From the IMG/VR virus record IMGVR_UViG_3300042016_000026: 64,000 nucleotides of DNA; one strand, written 5' to 3'. Below the pieces are notes generated by a model. That model was given only the letters and a program-made list of their open reading frames with translations. It did no database searches and was not told where the DNA came from. The position numbers were made by a program, and so were the translations under genes. Within the stretch, counting starts at the first letter, position 1. Each line of letters starts with the position of its first letter. The stretch is from an uncultured virus (IMG/VR IMGVR_UViG_3300042016_000026). Lineage: Duplodnaviria; Heunggongvirae; Uroviricota; Caudoviricetes; Schitoviridae. Positions 56,881 through 64,000 of the stretch are shown here, one piece after another.

Positions 56881-57161
56881 CAACCAATAACAGCAGTGGC
56901 ATCGATTTCCATCTCTTCGCAGTATTCACGCACTACATCATCTGCACAGCGGCCGTCGTCCTCAACTTTCTGAGCCAGCGCGTCATAAGCGGTCATGGTA
57001 TCCCCTGGCCCGCAGCAGACCACTTTCACACCTTCAATAATGTCCGATTCCTCGGCCAATGACTTGGTGAACGGGCCGGCAAACATGCCGGTGAAGTTTT
57101 CTTCGTTGGTGATCTCGAAGACCACCGTGAAGTATCTTTTTACTGGTTTGTCGTCAGGCAT
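56880..57161 (-). CDS. Acidic hypothetical protein
   Basis: ORF from MPDDKP. Confidence 0.65.
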   Translation of the reverse strand: MPDDKPVKRYFTVVFEITNEENFTGMFAGPFTKSLAEESDIIEGVKVVCCGPGDTMTAYDALAQKVEDDGRCADDVVREYCEEMEIDATAVIG

Positions 57162-57174
57162 AAAATGCACCCGT

Positions 57175-57198
57175 AAAAAAGCCCCGCAGTGCGAGGCT
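57175..57198 (-). terminator. Intrinsic terminator
   Basis: AAGCCTCGC-ACT-GCGGGGCT-TTTTT on the minus strand. Confidence 0.65.
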
Positions 57199-57204
57199 TG
57201 GTAG

Positions 57205-57534
57205 TTACTGTTGATCGGGGGTCGGTTTGTCGATTCCCCAACGTTTGCCTAACACTCCCTCGACAATCGAGAAGAGTTTGCCCCCGTAGTGCGCAGCGAC
57301 CGATGTTGCAATTGGTTGGGTGAACCAACCCGGCACGCTGTCGGCAATGACTGGGTACATGTCCCAAACAAGCCAGCCGGCCAATACTGCGCCGGTCAAT
57401 TGAGCAGAGAGCCACAACAGCGAGAATTTCTGGCCCTTGGCCAAGGCGGAAGCCACGGACAAGAAGCCAGAGAGCAAGCTGAGGACTACGGCGAAAATCG
57501 TACCGGATACGGTAGGATCGTGTTTCCATGGCAT
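57205..57534 (-). CDS. Putative holin (up to three TM segments)
   Basis: From MPWKHD with GGAG SD; hydrophobic helices and charged C-terminus; near lysis genes. Confidence 0.6.
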   Translation of the reverse strand: MPWKHDPTVSGTIFAVVLSLLSGFLSVASALAKGQKFSLLWLSAQLTGAVLAGWLVWDMYPVIADSVPGWFTQPIATSVAAHYGGKLFSIVEGVLGKRWGIDKPTPDQQ

Positions 57535-57605
57535 AGCGAATCTCCGGTCAGAGGCCCAATCTGGCCAGCGCACATAATAGTGGCAAATTGACCGGAGAGA
57601 TACAC

Positions 57606-58127
57606 TCAGCCCAACAGAACCTGTCGAATCGTAGCTATTCGTGCAAACAATCCTGTGTACAACGGATGTTGCCCAAGGAAGCGTTCGCTTACCTGAATCG
57701 TCCACATTGGCCCGTAGATTTTGGTCAACAGTTCGTTGTTCAGCGCGTAAAGACCATTTACGTCAGAAATAGGCGTGAACTCCTGCGTTCGTGCGGTTAA
57801 CACGAGTTTCTGCTCATCGTCGATGTTTTCCGCTGCCTCAATGTCCAGCATCACGATGCCGGCCAGTGTTTTGGGGTCAATCTTACGGTGTAGGGTGCCA
57901 AACGGGTCGAGACAGCCAACAATGTACTTGTCTGTCGCGGCGAGGAAGAATTCCCGCGTAGACAGCTTGCCCATGTTGCTCCAGTAGCAGCTATTAGTCT
58001 GCCCACCGCCTTGCACAACAACGCGCCCAACACCGGGTGATTCATCGACCAACGATACAATGATGACTTCGGCGGTGGCTTCGTCTTCAATGCGCAGGTC
58101 TTCAATCTTGCGGATACTTACCTTCAT
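57606..58127 (-). CDS. Hypothetical protein
   Basis: 173 aa; GRVVVQ...YWSNMG..S.REFF. Confidence 0.7.
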   Translation of the reverse strand: MKVSIRKIEDLRIEDEATAEVIIVSLVDESPGVGRVVVQGGGQTNSCYWSNMGKLSTREFFLAATDKYIVGCLDPFGTLHRKIDPKTLAGIVMLDIEAAENIDDEQKLVLTARTQEFTPISDVNGLYALNNELLTKIYGPMWTIQVSERFLGQHPLYTGLFARIATIRQVLLG

Positions 58128-58130
58128 GGT

Positions 58131-58292
58131 TTACAGCTCCAACAGGGCGTCGGCCACCGCCTGGATAATGGTGATGCTCTCTTCGGGCATCTGGCCGGTA
58201 GCAATGCTAACAGCCTGGTGACGGGAAGAGAGCGGGAAGTATTCGGGATGCTGCTCTTTGATGCGCAGCGCGACTTCTTCTGGCTCGCTCAT
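58131..58292 (-). CDS. Small hypothetical protein (53 aa)
   Basis: Hand-translated MSEPEEVALRIKEQHPEYF...ADALLEL; ATGA coupling. Confidence 0.65.
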   Translation of the reverse strand: MSEPEEVALRIKEQHPEYFPLSSRHQAVSIATGQMPEESITIIQAVADALLEL

Positions 58293-58504
58293 TTCACTTC
58301 CTCGAACGAGTGCGTGACCGAGGTTGCACGGATTTCGTCGTAGACGACAGCGTTGCTGTGTCGGGCTTGGACGTTTTCGATGAGTTCTTCGAGTTCTTCG
58401 TCCTCGTTGTAACGCTCGAAGATTTCTTTGCGGGCTTCTTCGACGGTGACCCCGGGACCGAGGTCAATGATTGTTTCGATGGTGGTGGTAAGGCGGACTT
58501 GCAT
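58289..58504 (-). CDS. Small acidic protein
   Basis: 71 aa, AGGAGG SD. Confidence 0.75.
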   Translation of the reverse strand: MQVRLTTTIETIIDLGPGVTVEEARKEIFERYNEDEELEELIENVQARHSNAVVYDEIRATSVTHSFEEVK

Positions 58505-58740
58505 GGTGCCTCCTGATACAGCGTGGCGTGAAGCGCTTTACGCTTCTTGAGGGGAATCTTCAGCGTTTCCTTGCGGAACGCTACCCATTCTTCGAGGGAA
58601 ACCTGTTCCCAGTTTCCGGGTACCGGCAACGAGTCCATGTCCCAGCTCCGCACGCAGCGGCTGGCACGATGAACGAAGAAATACCGGCCGTTGACCGGTG
58701 CGTTACCGAACTTGCCGGGTGCATGCAGAGACTTGGCCAT
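58294..58740 (-). CDS. Hypothetical protein whose 3' half overlaps 58289-58504
   Basis: AAGGAG SD; 148 aa. Confidence 0.55.
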   Translation of the reverse strand: MAKSLHAPGKFGNAPVNGRYFFVHRASRCVRSWDMDSLPVPGNWEQVSLEEWVAFRKETLKIPLKKRKALHATLYQEAPCKSALPPPSKQSLTSVPGSPSKKPAKKSSSVTTRTKNSKNSSKTSKPDTATLSSTTKSVQPRSRTRSRK

Positions 58741-58742
58741 AT

Positions 58743-59216
58743 TTACTCCTTGAAGTGCGGCAGACTACGTACGTCGATACCGGCTTCAGCTAATAGCTCA
58801 ATGCCGGTCATATCGTCGTGGAAACGGTGGAAGAACACCCGGGTAATGCCGGATGGGATAATGGTGCGGGCACAAACGTCGCAGGGCGCGACAGTGGTGA
58901 ACATCCAGGCACCTTGCAGCGAAGTTCCACTGCGTAGTGCCCAACCCATGGCGTTGTTTTCGGCGTGAAGCACCGAACGATCGGTCTTCATCCGCGTGAC
59001 CAGAATGCCTGTGATGGGGTCTGCTTCCAGCACCTCAGTGTTTTCACAGCAGTTGGTGTGATGCCCCGCAGGCTGACCGTTCCAGCCGGTGACCATTGCC
59101 CCCGACGGGGACACGATCACACAGCCAACACGCTCACGGACAGCTTCCGTTTGAGCTTCAGCGGCATAGGCCTGAGCCATGAACAGGTTCAGGTATTTGT
59201 CACGTAGCGGACTCAT
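58743..59216 (-). CDS. dCMP deaminase
   Basis: VGCVIV, GWNG, HAENNA and PCDVC motifs. Confidence 0.92.
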   Translation of the reverse strand: MSPLRDKYLNLFMAQAYAAEAQTEAVRERVGCVIVSPSGAMVTGWNGQPAGHHTNCCENTEVLEADPITGILVTRMKTDRSVLHAENNAMGWALRSGTSLQGAWMFTTVAPCDVCARTIIPSGITRVFFHRFHDDMTGIELLAEAGIDVRSLPHFKE

Positions 59217-59380
59217 ACGATGTCCTCGAACACGACTGTGCAACTGGCCACACCTTGGATCTCACCCGCTTCGACCTTGTCTTCGATCAGGTCGGCGATG
59301 ATTTCCTCGTACTCGTGCCCCGTCAGCTCTTTACCGGAGCCGTCAGGCACGTTCAGGATTACTTGGATCACTACTTGCAT
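59213..59380 (-). CDS. Small acidic protein (55 aa)
   Basis: From MQVVIQ with AGGAG SD. Confidence 0.65.
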   Translation of the reverse strand: MQVVIQVILNVPDGSGKELTGHEYEEIIADLIEDKVEAGEIQGVASCTVVFEDIV

Positions 59381-59555
59381 TGGTTTGCTCCTTTTCAAAG
59401 CAGGGGACGCACTTGGCGCCGCGCATAGGACCACCCATGCCACGGATGTAAAATCCGCAGCTCACACATGAGATGACGCACGCGGTGTAGACCATCCCGG
59501 GTTTGGTTGGGTGAATTGGTGTTCCGTCGCTTTTGTAGCCGAGAACGGCACTCAT
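59343..59555 (-). CDS. Small Zn-finger-like protein
   Basis: CVSC...CVPC. Confidence 0.6.
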   Translation of the reverse strand: MSAVLGYKSDGTPIHPTKPGMVYTACVISCVSCGFYIRGMGGPMRGAKCVPCFEKEQTNASSDPSNPERA

Positions 59556-59601
59556 ACGAACGGTCTGACGTAAACGAAGTAGAACCAGGTGCTAGCGAGA
59601 A

Positions 59602-62235
59602 TCATGCAGCTTCCTTTTCACGAATTTTGTCCATATGCGCTTTGCACACGGCCTTGATGGTAGGGATGTCGGCGTTAACCGGCAATGTCACTGGGGTAGC
59701 CCAGTTCGGGTAGAACAGATCGAGTGCAGCACCGATCTTGACCGTATCGTGGTGCAATTCAGGCAGTTCCTGCCAAGACATCTCTTCGATCAGCACACGG
59801 TTCGCGAACTCCACCACTATCGGATCATTTTTGATCAGGATGTAAATGGCGTCGTGAATCAATGCAACTGGTTTGATGTCGTAGCGGAACGGGCTTGCAT
59901 GGACACGTTTCATGAACGCTGCAGCCGCACGGTTGTTCAACAGACCATAAGACTGGCCCATTGCGTTGCCTGCGGTACGACCTTCGGCTGCCACCTCTTT
60001 CGGGGTGCAATCCAGGCCCAGATAGGACCGGCCGAGCATTGGCGTACGTAAACGCAAACCAAAGGCCACAGTGACGTAGCCGTCGCGAGTAGCTTGGTGC
60101 AAACGATCCATAATGTACTCGGTGGAGGCCTTGTACAGTTCGTGGAAGTTCGCTTCGATGCGCTTCGCCTTCTCTTCCGGCCAACCGAGGTTTTTCATCA
60201 GCGTGGCGAAGGTTCCCTGATAAGTCAGGGCGAATGTTGGAGCTTTCGACTCTTGACGCAGTTCCGGGTACTTCTTGGCGATGCTGTTGATCGAATCAAC
60301 CGAAGTCGGATCGATGTCAGGCATTTGGTCGCCAAAGTACGCATAAGCCCGCAAGCAGTGACCGTCGTAGCCGTCGATGTACACCTTCAGCTTGTTAGGG
60401 TCGCGGGTAGTCAAGGCAGAGATGTAATCTTCCAAGCTGTTGAAGTCGGCCCCGGCAAAGATCCATCCGGGTGGCCCCATGAACAGTTCCTTGATCAGCT
60501 TGCCGTAAGCAGAGCCAGCGGGCAGGTTCTGCATGTTTGGGTCGCTGGAAGACAGCCGGCCCGAAACGGTACCGCCGATGTTGAATACGCCATGCAAATA
60601 ACGCATGCCGTCGGCTTTGAGGATTCCATTCTCGAATGCAGGCATAAACGCCTGAAGGATCTTGGTCACCGCTGAATAGTCGATCAGAGCCTGTAACAAG
60701 GCCAGATACGGCTTCGCTCGTTCGTGGTCGAGCAACTGCTTGATGATCTTGCCACCAGTAGCCGGCTGCTTGGTCTTGGTCTTCGCGAGGATGGGTAAAT
60801 CCATCAATTCGTACAGCAGACGCTGTAATTGCAACGGCGACCCTGGGTTGAACACGGTATCCGCGAATTTCTCCAGCGGGTGCTGTTTAACCTTCAACTT
60901 AGCGTTTGCCGCCTCCATCGCCGAGACTTGCAGCAGATAGTTCAGCTTCGTCACCATCGGATCATTCTGGATGGTCAGCAAGTATTGCTCTTGCAGCTTC
61001 TCCAGTTTTTCCTTGGTTTCGGTGACCTTTTTAGGGTTCATCGGCAGACCCACCAACTCGACGTTGATGATCAGCCGCATCGAGTCCTTCATCAGCCCGT
61101 TGTACAACTCAAGCTGTTGATCGGCTACCACCGTCGGCATGTGCTTGTCGTAGGCATAGTTCGTCGCCATGCAGTCCACTCCGTTGTATCGGAGCAGGTT
61201 TGGCAGGTCGATTTTACGGATGTCCTTAATATCGTCCTGTGCATAGTTTCCGGTGAACTCCTGCGACTGATACTTCAGGCCCAAGGTGTTACCGGAGCAA
61301 GAATTGACCGCCAGATAGCTCAGCACCTTGGTGCAGTCCAGATTGCGGGTCATGATGTCCAAACCTTCCAGACAGCTCTTGTAATCGAGCGGATCACGCA
61401 TCCAGAGGTTGTAGATCAGGTGCTTTACGTCATAGGTGGCACTGTGGAAGCGTTTGCCCCCCATGTACTGCCGGAGGAAGTCTTTGAGGATCTCACGAAC
61501 CTCTTTGTTGTCCTTCCGGTAGTGGAAGTTGCCTTCGTCGTCCTTCTCACCCAGATTGTGCAAGTCGACTGGGAAAGCCACGAAGTCATGCTTGGTCCAG
61601 GCCAGTGCGAAGGTCGCAATGCCGGAATCATCCAGACGAAGGCTGTAACCCTCAATGTCCATCGCCAAGTGTGGGAACTTGTGCAATTCCAACAGCGCGT
61701 TGCGGATTTCGTTGGCCGTCTTCGGGTAGAACTCCGAATGGATGATCTGATCCCCGGGTGGCACGTAGTTGCCCTTGTACACACTGCACAGTGCGTCCAG
61801 ACCTTGGTCGAGGTGCGCCTTCTTGTCCGGTGCGTAAACCAGCACCTGATAATTGACGCCAAGCACGACTTGCATGTGCTCGAAGCCTGGTACCGCACAG
61901 GGCAGGGAATAACCGAGGTGAACCTCTGCCTTCTTCTGCCCGGTGAGGTATTTGAAATAGGTGCCATCGGTGCAATAGATGTATTTCACATGTGCACGCT
62001 CCAGCACCTTCAGCAAGTTGGCCGAATACGACTTTACCTGTGCCGCCGACACCTTTTTCGCACTTTCGTACGATAGGGTGAAGGCGATACAGTCTTCCTG
62101 CGGAATCCCTCGATCTTTCAGCGGTTGGATGTAGTTCTTGTGGATCAGGGCCTGATCGAACGTGTATTGCTTCATCAGGACGGCCACTGGGTAGTGACCG
62201 CTTTCGTTCTTCTGAAAGAAGAGATGATGGCGCAT
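59602..62235 (-). CDS. DNA polymerase, family A (N4 gp39-like)
   Basis: Exo DIE; TVSGRLSSSDPNMQNLP; ADFNSLE; RQESKAPTFALTYQG; IHDA. Confidence 0.96.
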   Translation of the reverse strand: MRHHLFFQKNESGHYPVAVLMKQYTFDQALIHKNYIQPLKDRGIPQEDCIAFTLSYESAKKVSAAQVKSYSANLLKVLERAHVKYIYCTDGTYFKYLTGQKKAEVHLGYSLPCAVPGFEHMQVVLGVNYQVLVYAPDKKAHLDQGLDALCSVYKGNYVPPGDQIIHSEFYPKTANEIRNALLELHKFPHLAMDIEGYSLRLDDSGIATFALAWTKHDFVAFPVDLHNLGEKDDEGNFHYRKDNKEVREILKDFLRQYMGGKRFHSATYDVKHLIYNLWMRDPLDYKSCLEGLDIMTRNLDCTKVLSYLAVNSCSGNTLGLKYQSQEFTGNYAQDDIKDIRKIDLPNLLRYNGVDCMATNYAYDKHMPTVVADQQLELYNGLMKDSMRLIINVELVGLPMNPKKVTETKEKLEKLQEQYLLTIQNDPMVTKLNYLLQVSAMEAANAKLKVKQHPLEKFADTVFNPGSPLQLQRLLYELMDLPILAKTKTKQPATGGKIIKQLLDHERAKPYLALLQALIDYSAVTKILQAFMPAFENGILKADGMRYLHGVFNIGGTVSGRLSSSDPNMQNLPAGSAYGKLIKELFMGPPGWIFAGADFNSLEDYISALTTRDPNKLKVYIDGYDGHCLRAYAYFGDQMPDIDPTSVDSINSIAKKYPELRQESKAPTFALTYQGTFATLMKNLGWPEEKAKRIEANFHELYKASTEYIMDRLHQATRDGYVTVAFGLRLRTPMLGRSYLGLDCTPKEVAAEGRTAGNAMGQSYGLLNNRAAAAFMKRVHASPFRYDIKPVALIHDAIYILIKNDPIVVEFANRVLIEEMSWQELPELHHDTVKIGAALDLFYPNWATPVTLPVNADIPTIKAVCKAHMDKIREKEAA

Positions 62236-62622
62236 TTATTTAGCTCCCCGTCGAAGCCGGGCTTTGGCGTTCTTTACCTGTTGGTTTAAGCGACGTTTGA
62301 ACTCTGCCAACATGGCAGTGCGTATTTTGTGAAACATCGCCGGTTCTGTGACGGGATTGGGCAATTCCATCTCGATGTACTCGGAATGTGCGTTCCAGGC
62401 GTGAGAATTTATTTCGTAGCGAGACTGAGGGACATAATTCTCATCGTCTTCCAGCTCTGCAATACAGTTAACAATCCCCAGCGCCAAACGAACTTTGCCC
62501 TTTTTATCGATGCAAAAGTTGGTAAGGAAGCCTTCTTCTTTGTCACGTACTTCAAAATCCACAGAGGAATCGCCAGAGCTATAAAACAGCCTTTCCGTTA
62601 TGTTGTCAGGGGTATATAGCAC
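62236..62622 (-). CDS. Hypothetical protein
   Basis: 128 aa filling the gap between neighbours. Confidence 0.65.
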   Translation of the reverse strand: MLYTPDNITERLFYSSGDSSVDFEVRDKEEGFLTNFCIDKKGKVRLALGIVNCIAELEDDENYVPQSRYEINSHAWNAHSEYIEMELPNPVTEPAMFHKIRTAMLAEFKRRLNQQVKNAKARLRRGAK

Positions 62623-63146
62623 TAGCTATCTCCTTGGATTAGGTTTGTCATTAAACGCACCTTGAGAGCGTCTAACGACTTTTCTCCGATGCCCATTTCG
62701 TGCGCGGCGTCGTCCATGTCAACATCGGTCAGTTGCAGACCCTCAGTCGCCAGAACTTGCTGGAACGGTGCACGTAGTGCCGTCGGCAAACGCTGAAAGA
62801 GAACTTCAGCATCGTCCGACGAATTCAACCACTTCTGGATGTAGCCGGCCACCAACGGACGTTCCTCACGCTCGATAAAGAGCTGTTCGAATAGAATCTT
62901 GTCCATTGCTGGTTTCAGGCTGTCAAATAGCTTGGGGATGTTCTGCGGCGGCCTCACATAGCGCGACTGCGTGTGGAACTTGCTGCGATACATGAATCCG
63001 AAATATTGGATGCCGACCAGAGCGTCGTTCTCCGCAATTATCTCGGCAAGCTGTCGCTTGTGACGTTCATCGACTGGCGCATAGACAAATGCCAGTAGCG
63101 CGTCACGAACTTTCAGTTTGAACTGTGCTTTGGCGCGGCGATCCAT
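62622..63146 (-). CDS. Hypothetical protein (N4 gp38-like position)
   Basis: From MDRRAK with GGAGG SD; between helicase and DNA polymerase. Confidence 0.7.
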   Translation of the reverse strand: MDRRAKAQFKLKVRDALLAFVYAPVDERHKRQLAEIIAENDALVGIQYFGFMYRSKFHTQSRYVRPPQNIPKLFDSLKPAMDKILFEQLFIEREERPLVAGYIQKWLNSSDDAEVLFQRLPTALRAPFQQVLATEGLQLTDVDMDDAAHEMGIGEKSLDALKVRLMTNLIQGDS

Positions 63147-64000
63147 TATTTCCTCCGTAAATCTCCGGTCATGATGATTCGGCTCCGGCCCCGGCTCAGT
63201 GCCACATACAAGATGCGGGCAAGCTGCGCCAGTGTTCGGCATTTGGAACAGATGTCGTTCAGGTCCACCATGACGATGTCATAGGTTGAGCCCTGGGACT
63301 TGTTGACGGTCTGGGCGAACGATGGGCGCAGATCGATCCAAGTGTCGAGGATGATCTTCATCGCGCTGTAATCGTCCTCACGGACGGCCTGAGCGTGTGC
63401 CTTATCCTTCTGCCCGCGATGCTTGGGCATGAAATAGTAGCTGCCTTTGCCTCGCAAGAGGATCGAGTAGCCTTCCACGCCATACTCTTTGGTCAGCTCG
63501 ACTTCTTCGAGGGTGACCTCTTCGTTGGCGCTGCACTTGCTGCCGTTGTTCTGTACCGCCTCGTTGACCAGCATACGCTGGCCCGGCTGCGGCACGGTGG
63601 TACCCAGCACCTTCTTCGATAAGAAGTTGTTGTACTGGGTGACACAGTTGTTGGTGTAAGCCAGGATCTTCACCTGCTTGTTCGGCTCTTTGGTAAACAG
63701 CCGGTAAGCTTCGGCATTGAAGTCCTCTTGGCTCAGTCGGTCGATAACGCCCGGGGTGAGCGGAAACTTTGACCAGTTGCCTTCCATTACCGCAGCGCGC
63801 AGGTTGCCCATGAGCGTTTGCAGAATGCCCCCTTCGAAGCGGACCAGATCGGTCAGTTCGATCTCGCAGGCATTCATTTCGAACGCAGGCATGAAATCGT
63901 CTTCGATGGGGGTGAGTTGTGCAGGATCGCCGATGAACACCAGCTTGCAGCGCTTGGTTTGCTTGAGGATCTTCGCCAACAATTTCTTGTCGACAAAGCT
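63146..64000 (-). CDS. SF1 Dda/RecD-like DNA helicase, 5' end outside the window
   Basis: FIGDPAQL, TVNKSQGSTY and YVALSRG motifs. Confidence 0.92.
   Translation of the reverse strand, partial: SFVDKKLLAKILKQTKRCKLVFIGDPAQLTPIEDDFMPAFEMNACEIELTDLVRFEGGILQTLMGNLRAAVMEGNWSKFPLTPGVIDRLSQEDFNAEAYRLFTKEPNKQVKILAYTNNCVTQYNNFLSKKVLGTTVPQPGQRMLVNEAVQNNGSKCSANEEVTLEEVELTKEYGVEGYSILLRGKGSYYFMPKHRGQKDKAHAQAVREDDYSAMKIILDTWIDLRPSFAQTVNKSQGSTYDIVMVDLNDICSKCRTLAQLARILYVALSRGRSRIIMTGDLRRK

Overview
This window is about 64 kb of an N4-like podophage genome (Schitoviridae, most like the Pseudomonas LIT1/LUZ7-type phages), opened at a non-physical point. Minus-strand early and middle genes (1-11.75 kb) include the split RNAP II, a Drc/gp2-like cofactor and many small ORFs. 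The probable genome-end junction lies near 11.8-12.1 kb. Plus-strand late genes follow: terminase, portal, capsid, ejection proteins and a 3384-aa virion RNA polymerase. A minus-strand block carries a degenerate tRNA-Cys, TerB, resolvase, SSB, AAA ATPase, primase and exonuclease. A plus-strand island encodes several receptor-binding proteins plus endolysin and spanins, followed by minus-strand holin, dCMP deaminase, DNA polymerase A and a partial helicase. The most striking unexplained feature is an array of about 15 small, highly divergent early proteins that share a C-terminal motif, roughly [VLIA]PExx[KRL]xAxM[LV]. Also notable are four copies of a hairpin promoter-like element, a Tyr-to-Phe change in vRNAP motif B, a candidate two-domain nucleotide-sponge fusion and modularly shuffled tail fibers. 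All family calls come from motif recognition and gene order, not database searches.
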